Source: an uncultured archaeon
Lineage (GTDB): Archaea; Hadarchaeota; Hadarchaeia; Hadarchaeales; Hadarchaeaceae
Assembly (NCBI GenBank): GCA_937921735.1
Contig: CAKZTQ010000032.1
Coordinates: 12,083-76,082 of the forward strand
Length of the DNA stretch: 64,000 bases
Reading direction: 5' to 3'
Positions 49,139 to 59,202 of this stretch are shown here, one piece after another (within the stretch, counting starts at the first letter, position 1; each line of letters opens with the position of its first letter). Made by a program: the position numbers and the translations under genes. The notes under the pieces were generated by a model. It made no database searches. It was not told where the DNA came from and was given only the letters and a program-made list of their open reading frames with translations.

Positions 49139-49425
49139 CTGCTTAAAATTAGGCCCGCCGATATGGCTGCGAATGTCGCCATGGCCGCTACGAGGCATAA
49201 AAACTTCCTTCCTATCCCGAGTAAATCTAACACCGGTTTTGAGGTCGCATAAACTGCCGCCGCGCAGATGAAATAGAACCAAAGGACCACTGCGGATACC
49301 ATCAACAATGGAAATTTCAACAGGAGTAAGATGAATGCGATGAAGCCAGCTGCGCACGCCGCTAAAGCTAGTGGGTAGAAAAGGACCAACAGTAGGACTC
49401 TCTCCCTAGTAGTCATGTCCGTCAC
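49135..49425 (-). CDS. Small hydrophobic hypothetical protein
   Basis: Three TM-like segments; overlaps the upstream ORF stop codon. Confidence 0.55.
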   Translation of the reverse strand: MTDMTTRERVLLLVLFYPLALAACAAGFIAFILLLLKFPLLMVSAVVLWFYFICAAAVYATSKPVLDLLGIGRKFLCLVAAMATFAAISAGLILSS

Positions 49426-49817
49426 ACCATGAAGAAGTATTGGGTCACCGTCGGAAGCTTTCTTCTAAGGGAGGCTATCTCCGGGAGGTATACGAGAAGT
49501 TCTCCACCAGCACATTTTTTCCCCAATAGTTGGCTCACCACCTTCGCTTCAACTTCTCCAGTTATCTTTGCCGTCCCCCTGCCAAGCTTTGGATCGAAAG
49601 ATACCAAAATAGGGAGAAACAGGCTATCCCATTCGCTTTCAGGTAAAATGCTTGCTAGCAGTTCAAGCTCGTCACGTTCGAACTCGTGGACCGATCCGTT
49701 TCTGCCGACGACTTGCGGTTTTTTTGACTTCAGGGCCTCGCTCAGCGAGATCCGCTTCATCGGGAGGTGGGCATTTAGCTTGGCCAGCTCCCGCTCGATC
49801 CAGCGCTCAGAGTTCAT
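49422..49817 (-). CDS. DUF61/UPF0216 family protein
   Basis: LN-HLP-R-SL, G-H-F-EL, LPT-TQY. Confidence 0.8.
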   Translation of the reverse strand: MNSERWIERELAKLNAHLPMKRISLSEALKSKKPQVVGRNGSVHEFERDELELLASILPESEWDSLFLPILVSFDPKLGRGTAKITGEVEAKVVSQLLGKKCAGGELLVYLPEIASLRRKLPTVTQYFFMV

Positions 49818-50452
49818 ATCCTCGCCTCGAGCATCGCTTTGATCCGTTTGAGGCGCGAGAAGTTTTCCCTTTCCATCTCACCCAGTCTCATTGTTATGAA
49901 TTTTATTGTCGCTTCCAGGCGGGGGATTATTATATACTCCAGCGCGTTGGCCCTTCGCTTCGTCTTCTCCAGTTCCCTAGCTATCGCTCGAGCAGACTCC
50001 TCAAGTTCGGCCAATTCGACTAGGAGCTCGAGGGTTTTTTCGAACTCCCTCGCCGCATCGTCTAAGGCGGAGGATGTGAAGTGAATGCTATAACCCCTTT
50101 CCAAAACCGTGCGCTCTACTCTTTCGATCCTCAAGGCCGGGGTCATGATCCCCATTATATAGCGAGTGGACGCATCCAACTGGATCTCCCGTCTAGCCTC
50201 CCGAGAGGCTTGCTGAGTTTCGATCGTGCCGACGACGGCGAGGCAAACGGATAGCGCCCGATGGGCAGCGGATAATTGCCGCAGGGCATTCGTCCTCGCC
50301 TGTTTTACCCTTTTGAGCACCTCAAAGAACTCGATGATGAGGGCATCCATTTTTTCGGTGAGTAAGTCATGTCCCCTCTGCGCCAAGCTGATTCTCCTCC
50401 TCAGTTTTATGAGTTCCATCCTAGTTGGGGAGATCGCCATTGGTGCGGCCAT
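49814..50452 (-). CDS. atpD: A1AO ATP synthase subunit D
   Basis: PTRMEL, A-RGH-LL-K, KT-RRANALE, E-EREN-F-RLK. Confidence 0.95.
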   Translation of the reverse strand: MAAPMAISPTRMELIKLRRRISLAQRGHDLLTEKMDALIIEFFEVLKRVKQARTNALRQLSAAHRALSVCLAVVGTIETQQASREARREIQLDASTRYIMGIMTPALRIERVERTVLERGYSIHFTSSALDDAAREFEKTLELLVELAELEESARAIARELEKTKRRANALEYIIIPRLEATIKFITMRLGEMERENFSRLKRIKAMLEARI

Positions 50453-50453
50453 T

Positions 50454-50792
50454 TTAACCTCCCCCAACTTTTTCTGTCACCCTCGCCCCGACGGCACGTT
50501 TAATAAGTTCATATAACTCATCCACCGCCGGTACATAGCCGGTCTTATCAGGTATCGCGAGCACCACCGGAAGAACCCCTTTGGCCCTCATCAACAGCTT
50601 GAACTCTTCTCCCAAATCATCGATGGTCCGATGAGTGATCAACAATAGCCCCATATCCTTCTCCATCAAAAAACTCTTGAGTTTGGATAGGGTTTCCTCC
50701 TTGCTTACGTGTATGTGGGTATGCCGCACGCCGGCAAGCGCAAAGCCGGTCACCGTGTCAGCGTCGCCGATCACCGCGATTTTATAGCTCAA
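50454..50792 (-). CDS. atpF: A1AO ATP synthase subunit F
   Basis: IAVIGD-DTVTGF-LAG, IP, I-RAVG. Confidence 0.93.
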   Translation of the reverse strand: MSYKIAVIGDADTVTGFALAGVRHTHIHVSKEETLSKLKSFLMEKDMGLLLITHRTIDDLGEEFKLLMRAKGVLPVVLAIPDKTGYVPAVDELYELIKRAVGARVTEKVGGG

Positions 50793-51921
50793 TTTTAGGC
50801 ACCCTCACCAGCAATTCCTTAATCCTCTCCGGCTCGACTCCATCCACCTTAAGTCTAATGATTGTACGTAGGTTCTTGATCTCCGTTTCCTTCATGTAAA
50901 TGTAGGAGAGCACAGGGGCTAAGCTGAGCAATTTTACTATTGACATCCATTTGCATATCCTCAGCAGCCCTTCGTCCAGCGATTTTTCCATCGCCAAAAG
51001 TGAGCCAGTGGATTCGAAGTGGGGCATGGCTCCTGTAAGGATGGGGCCATAACTGGTGTGCGATACCGCCTCAACAGATGCTGACACATCCTCAGCGAGG
51101 ATCATGGACCTCAGCACCTCCTCCGATAGCTCGTGCGACGGCCTGATCACGAATTTATCTATTTCATCTGGCGGTACCCCTTCTTTTTTGAGCCGTAATA
51201 TCAGCTTAATATTCACCGCGTCTATCTCGTAGCCGATCACCGCCTTCAGGATTTGGCGCTGGCGTTTCGCCTTCAACACCTCTGCCCACAAACTCGAATA
51301 ATAATGCTTGTCCAAGGCGGAGGTCAGGGCGATCAACCCCAACTTCTCATAGGCCTGAAGGGCTTTAGAAGCGGCTTCGAAGTACTCGGTGCCCTCCAAA
51401 TACTTGAGGAATTCCTCGAGACCCTCTGCGGCGGCCAGCAGCTCGAGCCTATGGAGGGGGAGAGTCGGAGATGGTATGAGGTCCTTCATCCTCTCCTCTT
51501 TCGGAAGCTTATCGTGGATCGCGGCGAGTAGGACCTTGAGGTTCCAAAGATCTATTCGCTGGATCAACTTGGCGATCACCCCTCTCCCCTCTCTCGGTAC
51601 CATCTGGAGGAGCTCCCGATAGCGCTCGCTGACGCTCATCTTCAGGGCCCGTTCGATCGCGATGACGTCGATCCTTTCGGACCTCGGAATATCCTTGAGG
51701 TATGGGCCATAATCGGTATCGTCTAAGCCGGCTAGAATATTGACGACCTTGGCCGCATCCGCGAACTCAAGGAGGCGGGACTCAGGGATGGACCTTGCCT
51801 CCCAAGCACTGATCTTCGCGCTGCAGTAAACGTATGGCGTCGTGCGTTTGGCGTGGGCGATGATCAAGACTAAAAAAATCCCCATGAGCGCGAATACCAG
51901 CATCAAAGCCAGATCACTCAT
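50782..51921 (-). CDS. atpC: A1AO ATP synthase subunit C
   Basis: Y-Y--A-I, D-WN-K, LD-HYY, E-KNLR; N-terminal hydrophobic helix. Confidence 0.9.
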   Translation of the reverse strand: MSDLALMLVFALMGIFLVLIIAHAKRTTPYVYCSAKISAWEARSIPESRLLEFADAAKVVNILAGLDDTDYGPYLKDIPRSERIDVIAIERALKMSVSERYRELLQMVPREGRGVIAKLIQRIDLWNLKVLLAAIHDKLPKEERMKDLIPSPTLPLHRLELLAAAEGLEEFLKYLEGTEYFEAASKALQAYEKLGLIALTSALDKHYYSSLWAEVLKAKRQRQILKAVIGYEIDAVNIKLILRLKKEGVPPDEIDKFVIRPSHELSEEVLRSMILAEDVSASVEAVSHTSYGPILTGAMPHFESTGSLLAMEKSLDEGLLRICKWMSIVKLLSLAPVLSYIYMKETEIKNLRTIIRLKVDGVEPERIKELLVRVPKIEL

Positions 51922-52538
51922 GTGGACCCTTCGAAAAGTACCTTTGCTACTTTTATTCGGAGAGCTTCGAACTCTCTCTTCATCCTAGTCTCGAGGGTAT
52001 CGTCGATTTCCATCTTACCATCCGGCGTTCCAACCCTCACCCCGCCCATCGTCTGAATTGGCTCGCCCAGCGATACGCTTGTGAGCTCTCCCACAGCCCG
52101 AATAATTTCACCCATGTGCCTTTCGAGGAGCTCGAGATCCCTTTTGTTAGCACGGATGATTACCTTATCCGAATTGAGTTTTTTGCACGCCTCGGCCGCG
52201 ATGCGGATGAGGTCCTTTTTGTACCTCTCGGAAGACGCGTATTTCGCGAGTCTCTCCTTCGCTTGCTCGAACACCTCGTTTACCAGTTCTTCTCTCTTCC
52301 GTAGGATCTCCTTCTTTGCTTTCAACCTACCCTCCGCGAGCATCGCCCTGTAAAGTTGTTCGCCTCTCGCCCTCGCTTCTCTCATCTCTCGTTCTATTTC
52401 CTCCCTCGCGGCGAGGCGGGCCCTGTTCAGGATAGATCTCGCCTCGTTCTGCGCGGCCTCCATGAGCTGAGCTGTTTTTTCTCTAGCCTCTTTGAGTATC
52501 TCATCTACTATCAATTGTGCACCTTCTTCGCCCTGCAA
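51918..52538 (-). CDS. atpE: A1AO ATP synthase subunit E
   Basis: Coiled-coil N-terminus, GG, D-T-E-R, LF C-terminus; operon position. Confidence 0.9.
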   Translation of the reverse strand: MQGEEGAQLIVDEILKEAREKTAQLMEAAQNEARSILNRARLAAREEIEREMREARARGEQLYRAMLAEGRLKAKKEILRKREELVNEVFEQAKERLAKYASSERYKKDLIRIAAEACKKLNSDKVIIRANKRDLELLERHMGEIIRAVGELTSVSLGEPIQTMGGVRVGTPDGKMEIDDTLETRMKREFEALRIKVAKVLFEGST

Positions 52539-52550
52539 CTTTTCGACCCC

Positions 52551-53018
52551 TTACCATACGCCGATGCTTATCAGCAGCAGGAACGTCGCTAGAAAGCCCA
52601 AAATGGCGTAAGTCTCGACCATCACCGTGTACATGACACACTTCCCGAATACTTCCGGCTTTTTAGCAATTGCCGACACGCCAGCCGTGGCTGCCAACCC
52701 CTGCGCATAGGACGTGAATCCTTGGAAGATCACCGGAACAGCCGCCGCCAGCACCGCTAGGCCACTTATGCCAGGTCTGAGCTCTCCGCCCAGTAAACCC
52801 GTTCCAATTATTATCAACATCGCCGCGATGAAACCATAGAAGCCTTGGGTCCCCGGGAGTACCTCTAGCACGAAAGCCTTGGAGAACTTCGTCGGATCCT
52901 CGCTCGTCACGCCAGCCGCTGCAACGCCCGTCATCCCGACCCCAATCGCCGCGAATATTCCCGGGATGCCAACCGCTAACCCTGCCGCCAATGCAACCCA
53001 AGCAATGTCGGCTACCAT
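52551..53018 (-). CDS. atpK: A1AO ATP synthase subunit K (c), 4-TM duplicated, Na+-type
   Basis: LPGTQGFYG, QG, MVETYA (NtpK-like Na+ ligands). Confidence 0.95.
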   Translation of the reverse strand: MVADIAWVALAAGLAVGIPGIFAAIGVGMTGVAAAGVTSEDPTKFSKAFVLEVLPGTQGFYGFIAAMLIIIGTGLLGGELRPGISGLAVLAAAVPVIFQGFTSYAQGLAATAGVSAIAKKPEVFGKCVMYTVMVETYAILGFLATFLLLISIGVW

Positions 53019-55075
53019 TTATTCACCCCTTTTAATTTGGTGAAAGTCCTTTTAGCTTTAAAGGGAGAGAACTTCAAGCCCCCGGCCTCGTAAAATTTGC
53101 CAAAGAATTCAGCGAAGTGAAGCCTCATGCTATGAATGAACCCTCCCAAGCTATTGATAAATATGTTAAAACTGTGTCCAACGATGAACAAAAACGCTAG
53201 GATGGCGATCAACGGGATAGCAACAATCGCCGTGAGCACGGAAAGTTCGGAAGGAAACATTGTTTGGTAAATGAATTTGATGATGTAATTTATTAGGAAT
53301 GCTATAACACCTGTCGCTAGTCCCAACGCCATAAGTCTCGAATAGGAGACCACATCGGCCACCATTCCTATTATGCCGTAAATAACATTCATCGAGCCGC
53401 CGATCCTCTGTGAGATTCCCTCCTTCGTCAGGATTTCTCCGGCAATCCCAATCCCGAGACCTGAATAAAAGAAGGCACGGAAAGCCAGGACAATGGATTG
53501 AGTTGGCACGAATGGATTAAACGCGTCAAATAAACCCATTTTCGGAAAGGTAAAGTCTATGCCAAGCGATGTCATGCTCATGCCGAGGACGCAGAAGGCT
53601 AGACCGAAGAACCCAACGATGATTAACGTTCGAGAAATCCGGATAAATATCAAGCTCCTCCAATTCCGCCTAAATATATCTTTGAGGCCACCAGCTAGGC
53701 CGAACGCGATGAGGAGGTGAAGGACGCCTATGAGCAGCGCCAGCTTCAGCAACGGCAGCGGGTCCTCGATCGGGTTGGTCCAATGTGCCCTGAAAAATGG
53801 ATGCACGTTTGCTAGGGCGTCTCCAAACCATCCGCCCATGAGGAAGCCGGCCACCACGGTGAACACGGCGCACAGGATCATGATCCGCTTAAGCTCTAGA
53901 GGGAATATCCTCACGATCCAGAAGTTCGAGGCGAGGAATAAAGCCAGCGCTATTCCATAACCCGCGTCTGACAGGCAGATGGCGAAGAAGATGGCGAAGG
54001 TGATCGCCAAAACCGGCGTTGGATCTACCTCATCGTATCTCGGCAAGCCGTACATCTCGGTGATGTACTCGAAGTCCTTGATGCCGCTCGGGTTCTCAAG
54101 CTGGATTGGGGTCCTTTCGATCTCCATTTGTTCGGGCTCGTAGGTCCTAACGACATATCGCCCTTTGGTCGCCGCGGTGAGTGTCGATTCGAGTTCACCC
54201 ATTTTTTTAGCTGGGACCCACCCCTCTACGACGACGGTCGCATCCGTAAAGCCAAATATCGAGTCGCAGCTTAACCTGTCCCTTTGGATCTCGAGTAGTT
54301 CCGCCATGCAGTTAAGCTGGGATGCTTTGGCCCTCGCCAATTTCCTCTTCCTTTTTTCTAGGTCCTCGGCTTGTTTTTGCAGCTCCTTCAGTTGACCTTC
54401 TAGGTTCTTCAGCACCTCACGCGGCAGCCCCTTTAGGGGGGGAAGCTCGATCGGCTCGACCTCATATTTGTACAACACCGGCAGGAGTTTCTGTTGATCC
54501 TTTGTCCTACATATCACCACTAACGTGCGCGTCCTACCTTTTCCTAGCAGGGACATTGCCATCCTTCCCGAGAGGGCATCGCTTGCCGATTTTAGGAATT
54601 CGGATACTTTTTCCGCCGCGATCCTCCCGGTTGCTACGTAGATCTCTTCAGTCGAACGGAGATATTGCAATGGGATCCTAAACTCGCGGAAGTCCTCAAG
54701 CACAGCAATTTGGGAAATCACCTCTTGTTTCTTATCCATCAACCACTTCTCCTTAGCCTTCAGCGCTTCTACTTTAGGCTCGAGCCCGAGGAGAAGCTCT
54801 TTGGCCTGCTTTAGTAACTGCTCATGAGTGAGTTCTCTGACCTCAACCGGGCGACCATAGCTCAAGGTCTCTAAAAATCTTTGTATCTCCTTGACCCTAG
54901 CCAGCGCGGAGGAGATCTCGTAAAATTTATCGCTCAACATCCTCCTTGCTACCCCGACGTCGGAGACCTCCTTCAGCTGGACTACCCCTGCCTCATGTAA
55001 TCTGGATACAACTTCGTCGCGATCGCGCTGGAGGATCACCGCGCGAAACTTTTGCATCTTGGCGGTCCTGAACAT
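53012..55075 (-). CDS. atpI: A1AO ATP synthase subunit I (a)
   Basis: P-Y-E-DPT, D-GYG, SYSRL-ALGL, HS-RLH-EFF-KFY. Confidence 0.95.
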   Translation of the reverse strand: MFRTAKMQKFRAVILQRDRDEVVSRLHEAGVVQLKEVSDVGVARRMLSDKFYEISSALARVKEIQRFLETLSYGRPVEVRELTHEQLLKQAKELLLGLEPKVEALKAKEKWLMDKKQEVISQIAVLEDFREFRIPLQYLRSTEEIYVATGRIAAEKVSEFLKSASDALSGRMAMSLLGKGRTRTLVVICRTKDQQKLLPVLYKYEVEPIELPPLKGLPREVLKNLEGQLKELQKQAEDLEKRKRKLARAKASQLNCMAELLEIQRDRLSCDSIFGFTDATVVVEGWVPAKKMGELESTLTAATKGRYVVRTYEPEQMEIERTPIQLENPSGIKDFEYITEMYGLPRYDEVDPTPVLAITFAIFFAICLSDAGYGIALALFLASNFWIVRIFPLELKRIMILCAVFTVVAGFLMGGWFGDALANVHPFFRAHWTNPIEDPLPLLKLALLIGVLHLLIAFGLAGGLKDIFRRNWRSLIFIRISRTLIIVGFFGLAFCVLGMSMTSLGIDFTFPKMGLFDAFNPFVPTQSIVLAFRAFFYSGLGIGIAGEILTKEGISQRIGGSMNVIYGIIGMVADVVSYSRLMALGLATGVIAFLINYIIKFIYQTMFPSELSVLTAIVAIPLIAILAFLFIVGHSFNIFINSLGGFIHSMRLHFAEFFGKFYEAGGLKFSPFKAKRTFTKLKGVNKW

Positions 55076-55079
55076 CGCC

Positions 55080-55391
55080 TCACCGCAAGACAGCTTCTAA
55101 AATTAGCTTAATCGCATCCTCATATCTCGCCTTGGCCTTCCTCTCCAACGATTGGACCTGCGCTTGAGTCTGCTTGAACAGCCGCTCGATCTCGGCTTGG
55201 GCCCTCGATCTATACTGGTCCATTATCTCTTCAGCCTTGGCCCTCGCCTCGTCCCTCGCCCTCTCCTTTATTTGCTCTGATTCCGATCGAGCCGAATCCA
55301 CGATTTTTCTAGCCCTCGCCTGTGCGTCCTCAATTAACCTCTTGGCCTCCCTTTCGGCCTCGAAAATCGCTTTGAGGCTTTGTTCGACCAC
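55080..55391 (-). CDS. atpH: A1AO ATP synthase subunit H
   Basis: Short coiled-coil (I-EAE--A...A) at the head of the operon. Confidence 0.85.
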   Translation of the reverse strand: MVEQSLKAIFEAEREAKRLIEDAQARARKIVDSARSESEQIKERARDEARAKAEEIMDQYRSRAQAEIERLFKQTQAQVQSLERKAKARYEDAIKLILEAVLR

Positions 55392-55528
55392 CCAAGCGCC
55401 CTCCTTTATTGGTTCATTCGGCCCTTTAATGTCGACGGTTCATAAACATTCTGATTTTGCAATCATTTTTTATGGCGGCATGTTCATATTCAAAAAAGTA
55501 ACCATTTCGTCAGAACGAGGGTGTAAGT
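55392..55528. promoter_or_regulatory. Divergent promoter region between atpHIKECFD and atpAB
   Basis: AT-rich 137-nt intergenic region with a TATA-like TTTTTTAT on the plus strand and SD sequences in front of both starts. Confidence 0.55.
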
Positions 55529-57313
55529 TTGGGCAAGATCATCAGGGTCACCGGCCCCGTGGTAATCGCCGACGGCATGAAAGGTTCAGAGATGTATGAA
55601 CTCGTCAGGGTCGGCGAGGAGGGGCTCATAGGTGAGATAATCGGGCTGGCCGGAGATAGGGCAACGATTCAAGTCTATGAGGAGACCTCGGGCATCCGAC
55701 CGGGTGAGAAGGTCGAGGGTACGGGTAGGCCGTTGTCGGTAGAGCTCGGGCCCGGCCTGATCGGGGCAATCTATGATGGTACGCAGAGGCCGCTGACGAT
55801 CATCCGGGCCAAGACCGGCGATATGATAACCCGCGGCGTTTTCGCGCACGCTTTGCCAAGGGACAAAAAGTGGAAGTTCGTGCCGAAGGTCGAAAAGGGG
55901 GCGAGCGTCGTAGAGGGCGACGTTTTAGGTGTAGTGAAGGAAAGCAAGCTGGTCGAGCACCGCATCCTCGTGCCTCCAGGGTTGAGCGGCAAGGTGCTCG
56001 AGATCTCGGAGGGGGCTTATGGTGTCCAGGACGTCGTGGCATCGATCGAGACCAGCGAGGGTAAGAAAGGGATCAGGATGATGCAGATGTGGCCCGTCAG
56101 AAAACCTAGGCCGCATAAGGGGAAGCTCGAGCCTCGGGAGCCGCTGATCTCCGGGCAGCGCGTCATAGACTCACTGTTTCCCATCGCTAAAGGGGGGACG
56201 GCAGCTATACCCGGAGGCTTCGGCACGGGGAAGACCGTCATGCTACACCAGTTCGCGAAGTGGGCCGCGGCGGACGTTGTCGTCTACGTCGGATGCGGCG
56301 AGCGCGGCAACGAGATGTGCGACGTGCTCACCCACTTCCCGGAGCTCAAGGACCCCAGGACCGGCGAGCCTCTGATGGAGCGGACCGTGCTCATCGCCAA
56401 CACCTCAAACATGCCGGTCGCAGCAAGGGAGGCCAGCGTCTATACCGGCATCACCATCGCCGAATATTTCAGGGACATGGGCTACGACGTCGCCCTCATG
56501 GCGGATTCAACTTCTCGCTGGGCCGAGGCCATGCGGGAGATCTCGGGCAGGTTAGAGGAGATGCCAGGCGAGGAGGGCTTCCCGGCCTACTTGGCTTCGA
56601 GGCTGGCGGAGTTCTACGAGCGGGCGGGTAGGGTGAGGACGTTGGGCTCCGAGGAGAGGTTCGGTTCGGTCACGGTGATCGGCGCGGTGTCTCCGCCGGG
56701 AGGCGATCTATCCGAGCCGGTTTCTCAGAACACGTTGCGCGTGGTCAAAGTTTTCTGGGCGCTGGATTCGAGTTTAGCGGACAGGCGTCACTTCCCCGCC
56801 ATCCACTGGCTCAACAGCTATTCCCTCTACGTCGATGCCGTCAAGGATTGGTGGGGGCAAAAGCTGGGCATGAATTGGAAAGCGATGAGGGACGAGGCGA
56901 TAGCCATGCTCCAGGAGGAGGCCGAGCTCCAAGAAATAGTGAAGCTGGTCGGTCCCGATGCCTTGCCCGAGCGGGACCGAGCCGTGCTCGAGGCGGCCAG
57001 GATCATGCGCGAGGACTTCCTTCAGCAGTTCGCCTATCACGAGGTAGACACGTATTGTCCGGTGGAGAAACAGCTCCGCATGCTCGACGTGGTGCTGGAC
57101 TTCTACCGCAGCGCGATCGAGGCGACGAGGCAAGGGGTTTCGGTGGATGAGATAAAGAAACTGCCGGTGAGGGAAAGGATAGCGACGATGAAGCGAGTTC
57201 CACCAGCGGAGTTCGAGGCCGAATACAGGTCCATCAAGAAGCAGTTGAAGGAGCAATTCTCGGAGCTACTCAAGGCGAAGAGGGTTCTGGTGAGGGGGAG
57301 CGAGGGTGGTTGA
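55529..57313 (+). CDS. atpA: A1AO ATP synthase subunit A
   Basis: [39 protein letters not shown]; no intein. Confidence 0.98.
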   Translation: MGKIIRVTGPVVIADGMKGSEMYELVRVGEEGLIGEIIGLAGDRATIQVYEETSGIRPGEKVEGTGRPLSVELGPGLIGAIYDGTQRPLTIIRAKTGDMITRGVFAHALPRDKKWKFVPKVEKGASVVEGDVLGVVKESKLVEHRILVPPGLSGKVLEISEGAYGVQDVVASIETSEGKKGIRMMQMWPVRKPRPHKGKLEPREPLISGQRVIDSLFPIAKGGTAAIPGGFGTGKTVMLHQFAKWAAADVVVYVGCGERGNEMCDVLTHFPELKDPRTGEPLMERTVLIANTSNMPVAAREASVYTGITIAEYFRDMGYDVALMADSTSRWAEAMREISGRLEEMPGEEGFPAYLASRLAEFYERAGRVRTLGSEERFGSVTVIGAVSPPGGDLSEPVSQNTLRVVKVFWALDSSLADRRHFPAIHWLNSYSLYVDAVKDWWGQKLGMNWKAMRDEAIAMLQEEAELQEIVKLVGPDALPERDRAVLEAARIMREDFLQQFAYHEVDTYCPVEKQLRMLDVVLDFYRSAIEATRQGVSVDEIKKLPVRERIATMKRVPPAEFEAEYRSIKKQLKEQFSELLKAKRVLVRGSEGG

Positions 57314-58700
57314 CGAGGCGATAAAGCATCGGGAGTACCGAACGGTCACTAAGGTCTCAGGTCCCTTGATAATAGTTGAGGGGGTGAGCGGCGCAGCTTA
57401 TGGGGAAGTTGTGGAGATAATGACCCCCTCCGGCGAGGTCAAGCGCGGGCAGGTGCTCGACGCCTACGAGGACCGCGCGGTCGTGCAGGTTTACGAGGGC
57501 ACTAGGGGCATCGATACCCTGCAGACGAGGGTCAGGTTTACCGGTGAGACGGTGAAGTTCGGCGTGGGGCTTGAGCTTTTGGGCAGGATCTTCAACGGTA
57601 GGGGCGAGCCCATCGATGGCGGTCCTAGGCCCCTGTTCGAGGATAAATGGGACGTGCACGGAGCGCCGATCAATCCCTCCGCGAGGGAGTACCCGAGCGA
57701 GTTCATACAAACCGGCATCTCGGCGATCGATGGCATGAACACGCTCGTGAGGGGGCAGAAGTTGCCGATCTTCTCGGGCTCGGGCCTCCCCCACAACGAC
57801 TTGGCGGCACAAATAGCTAGGCAGTCGAAGGTCTTGGGCGAGGAGGAGGAGTTCGCGGTTGTATTCTGTGGGATGGGCATCACCCACGAGGAGGCCGCCT
57901 TCTTCATGAGGGACTTCGAGAGGACGGGGGCGCTGGAGCGGGCCTGCATGTTCTTGAACTTGGCGAACGACCCGGCGATAGAGAGAATACTGACGCCGCG
58001 GCTTGCCCTTACGGCTGCCGAGTACCTTGCGTTCATCCAAGGCATGCATGTGCTGGTCATCCTCACCGACATGACCAACTACGCCGAGGCCCTCCGCGAG
58101 ATCTCGGCCGCTCGAGGGGAGGTGCCGGGTAGGCGGGGGTATCCCGGTTACCTCTACACGGACTTCGCGACCATCTACGAACGAGCGGGTAGGATAAAGG
58201 GGAAGAAGGGCTCGATCACGCAGATGCCGATCTTGACCATGCCCGGGGACGACATCACCCACCCCATACCCGACCTAACCGGCTACATAACTGAAGGGCA
58301 GTTGGTGATGGACAGGGAACTCCACCACAAGGGCATCTACCCCCCGATCAACGTGCTGCCCTCGCTTTCTAGGCTCATGAAGGACGGCATAGGCGAGGGT
58401 CACACGCGCGAGGACCACAGCGACCTCTCGAACCAGCTTTACGCCGCCTACGCCGAGGGCAAGGACCTTCGCGCGCTGGTGGCGGTGGTGGGGGAGGAGG
58501 CGCTGATGGAACGCGACCGCCGTTACCTCGAATTCGCGGATAGATTTGAGCGGGAGTTCATCAACCAGCGCAGGGACGAGGATCGCCCGATCGAGGTCAC
58601 CCTAGATCTGGGCTGGGAGCTGCTCCGCGGGCTGCCCGAGGCGGAGCTGAAGCGAGTAGATCCCAAGTTCATAGCTAAGTACCTCCACAAGCGGGGTTAG
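57306..58700 (+). CDS. atpB: A1AO ATP synthase subunit B
   Basis: [41 protein letters not shown]. Confidence 0.98.
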   Translation: MVDEAIKHREYRTVTKVSGPLIIVEGVSGAAYGEVVEIMTPSGEVKRGQVLDAYEDRAVVQVYEGTRGIDTLQTRVRFTGETVKFGVGLELLGRIFNGRGEPIDGGPRPLFEDKWDVHGAPINPSAREYPSEFIQTGISAIDGMNTLVRGQKLPIFSGSGLPHNDLAAQIARQSKVLGEEEEFAVVFCGMGITHEEAAFFMRDFERTGALERACMFLNLANDPAIERILTPRLALTAAEYLAFIQGMHVLVILTDMTNYAEALREISAARGEVPGRRGYPGYLYTDFATIYERAGRIKGKKGSITQMPILTMPGDDITHPIPDLTGYITEGQLVMDRELHHKGIYPPINVLPSLSRLMKDGIGEGHTREDHSDLSNQLYAAYAEGKDLRALVAVVGEEALMERDRRYLEFADRFEREFINQRRDEDRPIEVTLDLGWELLRGLPEAELKRVDPKFIAKYLHKRG

Positions 58701-58701
58701 C

Positions 58702-59118
58702 TTGGTCGAGATCAGGGACTTCAGGAGCGAGGACGTAGATGAGGTCCTCTCCATCCTGCATGCCTGCTTTGGCCCGACCGGACTCGAGGACGTCGATCGC
58801 GTGAACCTGTTGGGCTGGCATTACCAGTTCCCGGGCGGCATGAAGGTAGCGCTTGAAAAAGGGCGGATAGTGGGCTTCGTCTTCGCGTTCAACTCTTACA
58901 GGGTGGGCTGGATCACGCTGCTCTGTGTCAAGCCCGAGCTCCGAGGTAGGGGGATCGGGACGAGCTTGCTCAGGAGCGCCATCGAGCATCTCCGCGAGCG
59001 TGGCGTGGAGGTGATCAAGCTGGATGTCGAGCCTGACAACCCCGCCTTGGGGCTTTACAGGAAATTCGGCTTTGAGGTCGAGCGAACGTTGCTACGACTG
59101 CGGAAGAAGCCGCCGTGA
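58702..59118 (+). CDS. GNAT acetyltransferase (RimI/Ard1-like)
   Basis: V-P-RGRGIG, N-A-LY-K-GF. Confidence 0.9.
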   Translation: MVEIRDFRSEDVDEVLSILHACFGPTGLEDVDRVNLLGWHYQFPGGMKVALEKGRIVGFVFAFNSYRVGWITLLCVKPELRGRGIGTSLLRSAIEHLRERGVEVIKLDVEPDNPALGLYRKFGFEVERTLLRLRKKPP

Positions 59119-59119
59119 T

Positions 59120-59178
59120 GCGCTCGGGGACTCAAAATCCTCATCACGTGGTCAGTTGGGTCAGACTCGTCATCGCGC
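59120..59178 (-). ncRNA. Box C/D methylation-guide sRNA
   Basis: Layout: GCGAUGA (C), CGAGUCUGACCCAA, CUGA (D'), CCAC, GUGAUGA (C'), GGAUUUUGAGUCC, CCGA (D), with flanking GCGC/GCGC complementarity. Confidence 0.8.
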
Positions 59179-59202
59179 GTTCGACTTTCTTTTTCTGGAG
59201 GG

